From: Eledone cirrhosa
Lineage: Eukaryota
Length of the DNA: 64,000 nt
Assembly: GCA_964016885.1 (NCBI GenBank)
Contig: OZ024753.1
Span: 18,600,001 to 18,664,000, forward strand
Direction of reading: 5' to 3'
Shown piece by piece: positions 30,717-44,709 of this stretch. The notes under the pieces were generated by a model that saw only the letters and a program-made list of their open reading frames with translations, was not told the DNA's origin and searched no databases. Numbering within the stretch: the stretch's first letter is position 1; each line of letters starts with the position of its first letter. Made by a program: the position numbers and the translations under genes.

Positions 30717-32200
30717 TTAGAAAGATCGAGTATCGAAAAATCGGCGCACGAGTTCACGATAAACGAAATTCGATATGAGCGGCAGAGGGCTCAATAATTC
30801 AGGTGAATCAGAGCTATAACTATCGTTAAAATACCGTCACATATAGAACAAGTCTACAATCAACCATACGATTTAAAATCGATAGAGGAAGATTCGGGCC
30901 AAACAGATAAAAAATATCAATAAAACAATACGTCAATAATTTAAATGAATGTAAAATCATACCCGGACCCACTAGACAGGTGTTAAATCTAGCTTCATGG
31001 GTTTCTGTAAATCCTTAGACTGTACTCTATCAGCTCACATATAAATATAAAAGCCTACTAGAGCAAGTGGAACGGAGGTTTACTTTATCAACGAGTTTTT
31101 TCCTGGCGGCAGAGGAGCCAACTACCAGTGAAAAACGCACATGGCATTAGACAAGGGAGATGACCCCTATATCCGCGAAAACAATTCGAGTGAATGTGGA
31201 AATACACATATCGAATTAGAGTGCTCAATAGACATGTTAAAATAAAACAAAAGCTATTCATCACTCAATAGAATCGACAAAAAATGAGCAATAAAATTAA
31301 CTGGTGGATAGCTATGTGCAGAGCTAAATATATTAGAAAGATCGAGTATCGAAAAATCGGCGCACGAGTTCACGATAAACGAAATTCGATATGAGCGGCA
31401 GAGGGCTCAATAATTCAGGTGAATCAGAGCTATAACTATCGTTAAAATACCGTCACATATAGAACAAGTCTACAATCAACCATACGATTTAAAATCGATA
31501 GAGGAAGATTCGGGCCAAACAGATAAAAAATATCAATAAAACAATACGTCAATAATTTAAATGAATGTAAAATCATACCCGGACCCACTAGACAGGTGTT
31601 AAATCTAGCTTCATGGGTTTCTGTAAATCCTTAGACTGTACTCTATCAGCTCACATATAAATATAAAAGCCTACTAGAGCAAGTGGAACGGAGGTTTACT
31701 TTATCAACGAGTTTTTTCCTGGCGGCAGAGGAGCCAACTACCAGTGAAAAACGCACATGGCATTAGACAAGGGAGATGACCCCTATATCCGCGAAAACAA
31801 TTCGAGTGAATGTGGAAATACACATATCGAATTAGAGTGCTCAATAGACATGTTAAAATAAAACAAAAGCTATTCATCACTCAATAGAATCGACAAAAAA
31901 TGAGCAATAAAATTAACTGGTGGATAGCTATGTCCAGAGCTAAATATATTAGAAAGATCGAGTATCGAAAAATCGGCGCACGAGTTCACGATAAACGAAA
32001 TTCGATATGAGCGGCAGAGGGCTCAATAATTCAGGTGAATCAGAGCTATAACTATCGTTAAAATACCGTCACATATAGAACAAGTCTACAATCAACCATA
32101 CGATTTAAAATCGATAGAGGAAGATTCGGACCAAACAGATAAAAAATATATATATATATATATCAAACAGATATATATATCAAACAGATAAAAAATAAAA
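30717..32200. repeat. 616-bp near-perfect tandem repeat (~2.3 units), non-coding
   Basis: aaagatcgag at 30721, 31337 and 31953. Ends in stuttered caaacagata copies. Confidence 0.93.
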
Positions 32201-32238
32201 TATATATAAATATATATATGAATATATATATATATATA

Positions 32239-32278
<40 letters not shown>

Positions 32279-32356
32279 TATATATGAATATATATATATA
32301 TATATGAATATATATATATATATATGAATATATATATATATGAATATATATATATA

Positions 32357-32412
<56 letters not shown>

Positions 32413-32470
32413 TATATATATATATATATATATATCTTTATGAATATATATATATTCATATATATATATA

Positions 32471-32505
<35 letters not shown>

Positions 32506-32587
32506 GTTATTCCGGGTTGAATCGGAGGTAACCACAGTAAGTAAGGTACTCAATACATAGCAGAGTATAACAGTTTTAATATAGATG

Positions 32588-32638
32588 AGATTCTACAGGA
32601 CTAGAACTGTTTCATTCATTAGAAATCATCAGGAATCT
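32588..32638 (-). ncRNA. Hammerhead ribozyme motif near the end of an unclassified element (~32505-33100)
   Basis: agattc-CTGATGA-tttctaatgaat-GAA-ACAG-ttctagtc-CTGT-A-gaatct. Confidence 0.75.
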
Positions 32639-33126
32639 GGGTATCAAAAATAAATATGGTATTTATAGGTCTCTACAAGTGGTAGGAGAGGGTGGGGAGT
32701 GGGATGGGTGCAGGTCATTGGTTGACAGAAAAGGGAATTCATTAAAAGCTAATTCTACAAAGCTATAGTTTATTTTTATTTTTATTTTTATTTATTTATG
32801 TTTTTAGAGTAACAAGGGCAGACAGAATTCTATAAACAGGTTCCGGATGGCATACCATTCCTTGTCAATAAGTTTCTCTTAAGCTAACAGATGTCTATAA
32901 AATCAGTGGGGGGTCAGTCATGGTCGATAGAATTAAAGAAAAGGGAGATTCTTTAAAAGCTAAAGTCATTAAGGTTCTACTAAGTGACAAAGGTCTAGAG
33001 AATTCTGCAGACAGATTCAAAATACTGAATGCATATCTTACTATTATCTTCGAACTTCTCTTAAACTAATCAACTATATGCCAAAAGTCAACAGACTCAT
33101 TCACAAAAAACCAAATTGCTTAATTA

Positions 33127-33472
33127 AAAACATTTTGAAGACCGTAAGCTATTGTTTTAAGCATAAAGTGTATTGCAAAATACATTATATATACATCCAT
33201 ATATATATTGCTATTTCAGAGCTCCAATTCTAATTTTTAATTTCTGCCTGACCAACAACCGCTCTGCATAATCAGCTCCTGATTATTTACTAGATTTCTA
33301 TAAGAATATAACATCATTGATCTCAGTAGACAGGTGGGGTAGTTGGCCTTGATAAGCTTCAAACAAAGCGAAACATGTCATGTCGGCTTATCTCCCCTGT
33401 TTGCTGAGATCAAAGTCAGTGAATTTGTCACTACTTTAAAACAATAGCTTACGGTCTTCAAAAAAATGTTTT
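33127..33472 (+). mobile_element. Short element with ~34-bp inverted ends and a degenerate hammerhead (33318-33412)
   Basis: ttttgaagaccgtaagctattgttttaa and its reverse complement. Inside: TTGATAA-gctt-caaaca-aagc-GAAACATGTC within a long stem. Confidence 0.55.
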
Positions 33473-33939
33473 CTCTAGAAGGAATTTCATAGGAAACTTT
33501 ATATATTTTTTAGGGAAACTTTATATTTTTATTTTTTATTTTATTAGCCTCTTAATTTCTTCTAGTCTAGTAGGTTTATTGGAGCCTGTAAGGTTTATGC
33601 ACTTATGGAGGGATTTTCTAAGGTGCTTCTACGGGACCCCAACTCTTTTAGTTTACTGTTAATGCGTAAATTATATATTATCTAATTTTTAAAATTCAAT
33701 CCCTGACCCCGACAACTAATATAAAAGAGCCCCCTTAGAATATAGACCCCAACTATACAAGCGGAGTTGCTGATGTATACCACAATTTCAAACTGCTAGC
33801 CTTGAGTGATATGCTGATGTAAATAATGATCTTATAATCACATGTTATATGCCTTAAAAAGTCCACCATGTGGTCGGACGAAACGGCTGTCGGCAATAAA
33901 CTTGTTATAATGTCATAATAGTTCCTTTGTTCTTTTTCA

Positions 33940-34853
<914 letters not shown>

Positions 34854-37270
34854 TGACAATATCCACAATATTGCAGTGGAGAAAACTCTACTCTCTGATC
34901 ATGACATGGTTCTCTGTGATCTGAGATTCCACCGTCCAATATACAAACCCAATGTCATCTCTCCTGTCCATCCGTTTGACGCTACGGATTTCCACAATGC
35001 AAACTGGGAAGCGATCAGTCATGATCTTGTACATGTCGACTGGTCCTTCACGCACACTCATACACCCACTAACATCAAAAAGTCCTGGCAGACATTTGTG
35101 GACACTGTTACAAACATATGTGCTAAACACACCCCATTAAGAACTATAAACAAATCTAAGAGCAGAATCCCTAGAAATAGAAAAACGCTCATCAGAAAAA
35201 TTAAGAGAACGAACAAAAAAATCAACAAGCTGAAATACTGTCAGCAGCAACACATCAACTTGACTGCCATTTCATCACTAGAGATTAAAAAACATAACCT
35301 CCAAAACAACATAATGTCCCTCATCAACAATCAGAGAAGAGCTGAAGAGGCCTGGGCCATTGAGAAGATCAAACTCAATCCCAAAGTGTTCTTTTCATTT
35401 GCAAAAAAACACAAAATCACTGGCTCTACTGTTGGCCCTCTAATTGATGAAAATGGCACTCTTCAAGACAATGCTAAAACCTTGGGTGAGATACTGCAGA
35501 AACAATACTGCTCTGTTTTCAGCAATCCTGATATGGCCGATCTGGGCTGTATCGGCGATGTTACTCCCCATTACATCTTATCGGACATAACGTTTGGCGC
35601 CCCTGATGTCCTGGCGGCAATAAAGGAAATCAAGCATAATTCAGCAGTAGGTCCCGATAGGTTCCCTGCTTGTGTCTTGAAGGCGTGTCAACACCAACTT
35701 GCATCTCCTCTTGCCAATCTGTGGCGGAACTCACTGGATGCTGGATATGTGCCAGAAAACCTCCTATCCCAGTCTGTTGTCCCAGTTTTCAAAAAGGGAA
35801 ACAAATCCCTTGCCGTGAATTACCGTCCAATCTCACTCACCTCTCATATCATTAAAGGTATTTGAGCGAGTGGTGAGATCGCGAATGACCCACTTCCTTG
35901 AGAGTAACAAATGCTGAACTCCAACCAGCATGGATTCCGTAATGGAAGGGATTGCCTGACGCAGCTACAGCATCACTTTGATGACATTTTGAGAGCCTTG
36001 GGAGAGGGTTCCAACACTGATGTTATCTACCTTGATTTCAGCAAGGCCTTTGACAGGGTTGATCATAACATTCTACTGAGAAAGCTGTCCAATATTGGTG
36101 TCACTGGAAAGCTGCTGCAGTGGATCAAGAGCTTCCTGTCAAACAGAACCCAACATGTTGTAGTTGAGGGAGTCAAATCAAGCCCAGCCAAAGTCAGTAG
36201 TGGGGTCCCACAAGGCACTGTGTTGGGCCCACTTCTCTTCATCATCTATATTAATGACATCACTGACATCATCAAACACAGCAACATTAAAATTTTCGCT
36301 GATGATTCCAAGCTCCAAAAGGTCATCAATGGCGTGGATGACCGGATAAGCCTTCAGTCAGACCTACTGGCTGTTACCCAATGGGCAGAAAAGAACAACA
36401 TGTTACTGAACGAAGACAAATTTGAACTGATCCACTTTGGAAAAGAGGATGCTCTGAAACTTCCGTACTCCCTTCCCTCCGGGGAAACTCTCGTGGCATC
36501 TAACAACATCAGAGACTTGGGAGTAACCGTGGACAGCAATATAAGCTGGACCACGCATATAAGCAGCAAAGTTGACATGGCCCGCAGAATGTGATCCTGG
36601 ATCCTCAGAACCTTCCAGTCGAGAGATTCCCGCACCATTATCCTTCTCTTCTCTACTTTCGCCCGACCACACCTTGAATACTGTTGTCCACTGTGGTCTC
36701 CCCACACGAAACAAAGTATCATGAAACTTGAAGCTCCTCAAAGGGCAATCACGAAAAAGATAGATGGCATGTCAGACCTTGACTACTGGGGTCGATTAGA
36801 AAACCTGAAACTTTACTCACTCCAACGTCGCCGTGAGCGTTATATTATCTGCATGATGTGGAAAATGTTCCATCATCACTGCCCAAATGATGTTGGCATC
36901 GCCTTCAAGATACACCCAAGGCTTGGGCCCCGTGCTATCCGTCCCATTCAAAAATCTAAATCGCAACTCATAACAACAATACGGCACAATTATTTCACCT
37001 CAATCGGCCCTGCTCTCTTCAACATCACACCAGGACACGTCAAAACAGAAACTGACCACACAAAATTCAAGAAGTCTTTGGACAAATTCCTCCAAGTAAT
37101 CCCGGACAAACCACCCACACCCGGATATGTCTCCGCAAACAGTAATTCTCTTCTCGAATGGGCCATGGTGCCCAAATCCTGAATTGAAAGACTTCGCCAG
37201 GTGGTGCTATTAAGTTAGACATGGCCTGGGCCAATACTGGCCAAAACATTTCAAAGTTATTCAAAGTTAT
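34854..37270 (+). mobile_element. CR1-group LINE, 5'-truncated ORF2 (end of APE endonuclease + RT), with frameshifts and a stop
   Basis: Motifs [59 protein letters not shown]. 3' tail (TTCAAAGTTA)x2. Confidence 0.93.
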
Positions 37271-37285
37271 ATATTTATATATATG

Positions 37286-37351
<66 letters not shown>

Positions 37352-37603
37352 TGTATATATATAGTCGAAAATGTTACACTAGACATTAATGTATTTTCCA
37401 TCATCAGCTGTGATAAATTGAATATTTTACAAATCAATAATTTGACAACGGTGTTCTAGAGGTATTGTATCGAACGGAATGTTTACATCGGCTTTTTAAT
37501 ATTGTACAAGGATTGGAAACTAGTATTTATATATTGAATACGGCGAATGTACAGCAAAGAGAAATACCTACAAAGTGGAGCACCTTCGTTTTCATTATTA
37601 GTT

Positions 37604-37797
37604 TAGGGGTGGTGGATTGGCAGTATCAGTAGAGAGTCGGACACCATGCTTTGACGCATAGAGTTATGGCCCTTGGCATACTGAGTTCAAATCTCGCCGA
37701 GGTTAACTTTGCCTTTCATCCTTACTGGGTCGATAAAATAAAGTACCAGTAATACACTGGAATAATTGCTGGCCTTGTGCCAAATGTAGAAACAATT
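37604..37797 (+). mobile_element. tRNA-derived SINE
   Basis: TGGCAGTATCAG, GAGTTCAAATC, GCCTTTCATCCTT..GGGTCGATAAAATAAAGTACCAG. Confidence 0.85.
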
Positions 37798-37894
37798 ATT
37801 AATTTAGGTTTAGCTTTACGATACTCGTATTTTAAGTTTGTGTCGGTCTTTGTCTCTCTCATACGACATACACAGATATAATGACACTCCTAGT

Positions 37895-38068
37895 GCGAAA
37901 GGTAAATGGATTATATCAAACCTGGTACTTAATACATTCTTTTGTCGACCTCGGATAAATGAAAGGCGAACTTCGGCTCCACAAGATTTGATCTGACAAT
38001 GTAAATAGCCGGAGCACAAAGTGCTTAGCATTTGGCCGAGACACAAAAGTTTCTGCAATTCACTGCCA
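37895..38068 (-). mobile_element. Older, diverged SINE of a related family
   Basis: ctggtacttaa...gtcgacctcggataaatgaaaggcgaa is a diverged central domain. Confidence 0.6.
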
Positions 38069-38796
38069 TGATCGCAGATGATATATATGGAATGTCGAGG
38101 TCAACATTTATATAATATTATATGATAACATTTGTAGAACGAAGAACAAATTAATGATTGCTTTGTTTCTTTAAATAAACTTCGCCAAAAATCAATCAGA
38201 GAAACTCAAGTCTAATATTTAAGGAATATTCGCTGTATCGAACGAAATCTAAAACGGAAAACAAATAAATATTTTGAAAGCTATTGGCGATTACTATTTT
38301 ACAGTCTCGTTTAGATTATTGGCCATTGCTTTCTCTTTAAAGTAGGAATACATTCAGGGCTACACAGATATTACATTGCTTCGGCAAAATATTAATAACT
38401 ACTTAAAAATAGGTCCTTGAAATCAAAACTAAACAACAAATTCTGTTTGTATATTCTGGGTTTCTATCAGACAATAAGGAGAACTGTATTAGTCTGTAGA
38501 CAATGTTTGCTGATAGTATCTAACAGGCGGAAATACAATTGATTCTGTTTACAGAAAAGTATTCAAAGAATTTACAATACACTTGCCTCAAGTATGGAGC
38601 AGAGAAACTATTTGAATTTTATCAGAAATAATAGGTTCGCTATACTACTTACATATATGGAGATATATAAAGTTACTCTTCTGCCTCCATCTCTCACTGT
38701 ATGTGTATATATATGTTTATATACATATACATATATATGTTTATATACATATACATATATATGTTTATATACATATACATATATATGTTTATATAT

Positions 38797-38992
38797 ATAG
38801 GAACGAGTAGGACCCCGACGGCTGAGCTCAAGCCGTTTCGACGGCTAACTCTGGACGTCCAGAATAAGCCGTCGAAACGGCTTGAGCTCAGCCGTCGGGG
38901 TCCTACTCGTTCCTATTACCCACTCTACTACCCTAAGTATTGAGTACTTTGGTGCGTTATGGTCCACCTGGTTCCTTACCACATTTCCTTCG

Positions 38993-39027
<35 letters not shown>

Positions 39028-39257
39028 TATATACATATACATATATATGTTTATATACATATACATATATATGTTTATATACATATATATATATATATAT
39101 ATGTTTATATACATATATATATATAGGAACGAGTAGGACCCCGACGGCTGAGCTCTAGCCGTTTCGACGGCTAATTCTGGACGTCCACTCTAATACCCTA
39201 AGTATTGAGTACTTTGGTGCGTTATGGTCCACCTGATTCCTTACCACATTTCCTTCG

Positions 39258-39260
<3 letters not shown>
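38797..39260. mobile_element. Family I fold-back element (hairpin 38797-38916 + tail to 38995) and a tandem, internally deleted copy (39123-39260)
   Basis: Near-perfect inverted arms carrying GAA-ACGGCT-tgagctc-AGCCGT-C. Further copies at 43418-43555 and 7350-7400. Confidence 0.8.
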
Positions 39261-39329
<69 letters not shown>

Positions 39330-39542
39330 TATGTTTATATACATATACATATATATGTTTATATACATATATATAAATATATATATATGTTTATATACAT
39401 ATACATATATATGTTTATATATATATATATAGTAATAATAATAAATGTGAAGACTAAAATCCATAATGGGTGAAAGCAGCGATTCTTTATTAAACTTTAA
39501 TCTTTTATTTTACTAAATTAATATATATATATATATATATAT

Positions 39543-42500
39543 GTAGGAGGTGAGTTTTATTGTAGTACAATAAAGCAATGCAGATATCGGATAAGAAGCA
39601 CTCTACAGTTTGTGGGACTGGAGTATAAATAATATATAAGATCAAAAGATGGCTAAAAGAGTTCTCAAAAGAGAAACTCGTACAGATCACCTTGTAAATC
39701 TCAAGAACACGATTTCAAACCTAAATTCCTCAAAAAATGTTTTAGTCCACTCTGACAAAACAAATAATTTATATGGTATTTCTAAGGATAACTATAACAA
39801 TCTAATCCTAAAGGAACTTAGCAAAAAATATCGCAAAACCAACCATGATAATTTAGAATCCATAAACTTTGAAGCTTCTGAGATTATGTCAAAACTTGGC
39901 ATCTGAAAAAAGACCGAACCATTCCTCTCAAGAACTCCGAGGATAAATATCAAGGTTCACAAAAATAACTTTAGTACTGGACTACCTTTTAGACTAATCA
40001 CCCCCTCTAAATCAAATCTGGGGGTTGTTAGCAAAGCCATCTTGGATATAATTATCCCACAGGTTCGTTCTAATTGTTCTTCTTTGAACTTAAATTTATG
40101 GTTTGGTACTTCTGAAGTGATTGGCTGGTTCAACAAATTTAATAAGAAAAACAAACAAAAATTTATTCAATTTGATATTGCCAGCTACTATTCTTCTATT
40201 TCGTCCTCATTTCTCAACAATGCTCTATCTTTCGCTTACAAATATTCAGACATCACCACAGATGAACTTCACATCATTCTCACCGCACGTAAAACCATCC
40301 TAGAGTTCAACAATGAATATTGGACCAGAGCTGATACCTCTAACAACTTTGACATCACAATGGGAGCATCCGATTCATCCCAATTGACAGATTTAATTGG
40401 TATCTTTATTTTGCACTCTTTGATTCGGAAAATTCCTCAAATTAGCGGTGGAATTTATCGTGACGATGGACTCTTTACTATTTTAAATTGCAACATAGTT
40501 AACCTTAATATTATTAAGAACAATATACGTAATCTCTTTAACCAACATAACTTAAAAATTGAATTTGATAACAGCATCAAACTAACTAATTTCTTGGATG
40601 TATCTCTTAATCTTGACACTAGCCTATATTACCTTTACCATAAAAACAATGAGAACCTAAATTATGTTAATTTTAAATCTAACGACCCCACTAATATTAA
40701 GAATGCTATAGATAGTAATATTGGAAAAAGAATATCCAACCTATCATCTAATAAAAACATATTTGATGCTAACGCCAATTACTATAATAACGCGCTTTCT
40801 AAAGCCGGTTATCCAGATAAAATAAAATATAGTAAAGAAACAAATTCTAGAAGAACTTAAAGTAGAATAATTAATCACATCATTCCAATAACTTTAATAA
40901 AAGACCTAGATACAAAAACATAATCTGGTATAATGCTCCTTTCTCCATCTCTATTAATAATAACATTCCTAAATTATTCTTTAGTGCCTTAAATAAATGC
41001 TTCCCTCCCTCACATATCTATAATACAATATTTAACAAACACACTATAACATTTTCATATTCGACATCCTCCAACATCTCCAGCATTTTCTCTAAACACA
41101 ACAATAAAATACTAAATACTAAATCTCTTCCTTCCAACACTGAATATCATAATAATAGTAATAGTACTCCCGACGTCATTGTTAACTCTAGGCTAATTTC
41201 TGCAAACCCGAATACAACGTCTAACGCAACTTCGTTAAATGTTCTTAATCCCATTCTAAATCAAGAAACTATTATTCCTATCGTAAATGACTTCTCCAAT
41301 CCAATTCCTTCTATAGATAACACTAGGTCACTTGTTAATAACTCTATTAATTTCTCTAATCACAATTGTAATTGCCCTGTTAAAAATAAATGTCCTCTCA
41401 ACAACCATTGTCTTGAAAAAAACTTAATCTACGAATGTAAAGTTATAACTGACACCAATTCCTTTACCTATTTTGGCTCCACTTCCACCTCCTTTAAAGC
41501 TCGTCTTTATAATCATCATTCGTCTTTTAAATACCAACTTAAAAGAACCAACACGGCACTCTCAGAACTCATATGGTCCTTGAAATTCAAAAAAATATTA
41601 ACTATGGGGGAAGGTTTGTTCTGCTTATCCATACTTGAATGGTTCTCTATCCAAGACATGTAATCTCTGTTTATGTAAGAAATTTACCATTATATCTAAT
41701 TTAGATTCTATATAAATAGATGCACTGACTTGTTTTCTCTCTGCTTGCATAAATTCCACAGAACATTCCATAAAGTATACAGCTAATATCTAATACTTTA
41801 CCAATTTAAAATCCTTTTCTCAAAAGCACATATATATATATAGATATATATTTCTTTAAAAATATACCCATCTTTCTACCTTATTTCAATGTTATTTATT
41901 ATACAATATATAATTATATTTACTCATTCTATATCACTCCTATTTATCACTTCCCTTTCTTTCTTTTTTTCATTTTTTTCTTTTTTTTTCTTTTTTTTTC
42001 TTTTTCTTTTAATTTCTAACCACTAATCTGTACCTTTTCTTCCTAGATACTTCTCAATTCTCATTATTACTCACCACAATATATCCTTACCCTTTTAAAT
42101 ACTTTATAAATTCACCTTGAAAAATCCTTCGTAAACATAAACATTTTTTGACGTTAAATTATTCATCCTCAATTCATTATTTTTTTCTCCCTTTCATGCT
42201 CATCTAACTTATACATATTACACTTATTCATCCACTCTTCTACTTCTTTTCACAATATATCCTTAATTACATTACTATTGTTATATTTTTATATTTTTTT
42301 AAATAATACATATCAAATATTTCTTTCCATCGCACATATTATTAAACTCTTAAATATTATTCTTAATACATATTAACAATTTCTTTTCATCGCACATATT
42401 ACTAAACCCTTCAATATACAAACCTTAATTTAACAATATTCTAAAAACATTTTTTTTCTCTTTGTTAATTTTAAAATACTTTTAATTTATATGTTATCTT

Positions 42501-42885
42501 CCAAGGGTTTTTTAACCTCTCTATGTAAAAAAATATATTTTTCTGTTATAAAAGCTATCTCTCTCTCTCTATCACCCATCTCTCCCCCTATAACATCCTT
42601 CCTTATTATACTCCTCCCCCTCCATTTTTTTTACTCTCATCTCTTCCTCTTTTTCCTTATCCCCCCCCCCCCGCCCCTCAATTTTTTTTACCAATATCAC
42701 ACATCAATCTAAAACTACTTTTCATATGTTGATTTAAAACTGCACTATTCACAAGTGTTTTTTAACTTTCATATCATGTCTCCCTATTTTATCTGACGAA
42801 AACACAAATGTCGTCGCATGATGATATTTGTTTTTGAAATGCGCATAATAAAATACATGGAACTCTTTTAACCATCTTTTGATCT

Positions 42886-42892
<7 letters not shown>
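39543..42892 (+). mobile_element. Family A PLE, 5'-truncated and decayed (RT, thumb, GIY-YIG 39665-41785), inverted tail 39543-39664, hammerhead 42786-42853
   Basis: Motifs HSDKTNN, QFDIASYY, MGASDSSQLTDLIG, YRDD, FLD. In-frame stops at 39904 and 40858. Homologous to 26337-29308. Confidence 0.93.
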
Positions 42893-42944
<52 letters not shown>

Positions 42945-42962
42945 TATATATCTTTATATACA

Positions 42963-43021
<59 letters not shown>

Positions 43022-43069
43022 GTTTATAAACACACACATATATATATATATATATGTATATAAATATAT

Positions 43070-43210
43070 GGACACACTGGAAGAGAAAGACAGAAGTTAA
43101 CATATGTTGATGCTCTATGGACAGACACTGGTCTGTTGAAGACGCAGGACATTTCACCGATAATGAGGGACAGAGAGTGCTGGAGAGAGCTCATTCATGG
43201 ATCACGGGAA
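43070..43210 (+). pseudogene. Possible 3' tip of an RTE-type LINE
   Basis: One frame reads TYVDALWTDTG...[11 protein letters not shown], resembling RTE ORF C-termini. Confidence 0.45.
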
Positions 43211-43302
43211 TTTTACCTGGCCTCGATATATATATATAGGTATTTCCTAATGTTTGTTGAGTAAGCTGGAATTTGACCGGAGTATCGCTATTAGCTTTCT
43301 CC

Positions 43303-43420
<118 letters not shown>

Positions 43421-43561
43421 CGAAGGAAATGTGGTAAGGTACCAGGTGGACCATAACGCACCAAAGTACTCAATTCTTAGGGTAGTAGAGTGGGTAATAG
43501 GAACAAGTAAGACCCCGACGGCTGAGCTCAAGCCGTCGGGGTCTTACTTGTTCTTATATAC

Positions 43562-43592
<31 letters not shown>

Positions 43593-43711
43593 TATACATA
43601 TATATACACATATATATATATACATATATATACATATATACATATATATATATAAACATATATATATATAACATATATATATAAAAAACATATATATATT
43701 ATATATATATA

Positions 43712-43918
43712 AAATATTAAAAAAATAATGAATAAAACAATGAAACAGTTCCTTATATTAAACAAAAAAAAGTTCATTATTTAACGATCGTTTCTAGGAT
43801 ATATATGTGTTAGAATTGGCATGTATATTTGACAGATCTATGTACAAAATTATACAAAATTATACAAACTATCAAGATTAAATATACATACCAAACACAC
43901 ATATATGCCGTCTTCAGA

Positions 43919-43924
<6 letters not shown>
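43712..43924 (-). mobile_element. Solo terminal fragment of the 56-64 kb PLE family containing the long-stem-II hammerhead (43773-43924)
   Basis: Homologous to 56020-56224. Confidence 0.82.
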
Positions 43925-43995
<71 letters not shown>

Positions 43996-44090
43996 TATAC
44001 ATATACAAATATACATATATACATATATATATATATATACATATACACATATACATATATATATATATACATATATATATACATATACAC

Positions 44091-44121
<31 letters not shown>

Positions 44122-44709
44122 CATATACACATATATATATATATATACATATACACATATACATATATATATATATACATATATATATATACATATACAT
44201 ATATATATATACACTATACATATATACATATACATATATATATACACATATACATATATACATATACATATACATATATACATATATACATATAATATAC
44301 ATATATATATATATACATATATATTACATATATATATATACATATATATACATATATATATATACATATATATACATATATATAATATACATATATATAC
44401 ACATATATATACATATATATACATACATATATATACAACATAAATATATACATATATATATACATATATATATACATATATATATACATATATATTATAC
44501 ATATATATATACATATATATATACATATATATATACATATATATATACACGTATATATATACATATATATATACATATATATATACACATATATATATAC
44601 ATATATATATACATATATATATATATACATATATATATACATATATATTATACATATATATATATACATATATACATATATATATATACATATATACATA
44701 TATATATAT

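Noticed and set aside
30990-31040. Minus-strand CTGATAGA...GAAA in the 616-bp repeat, and an HDV-like ggc-tcctct-gcc near 31105
   Set aside because: No stem I, stem III or NUH for a hammerhead; no P4 or catalytic C for HDV.
34854-37270. APOBEC-type G-to-A editing of this copy as the cause of the inter-copy differences
   Set aside because: This copy keeps the conserved residues (PGY, NSL, LYSL, LEYC), so the A state is ancestral.
39904-39906. In-frame TGA in a Naiad-like ORF as possible selenocysteine
   Set aside because: It aligns to Q/E, not Cys, in the two homologs here. The copy has other stops and frameshifts, and no SECIS was recognised.
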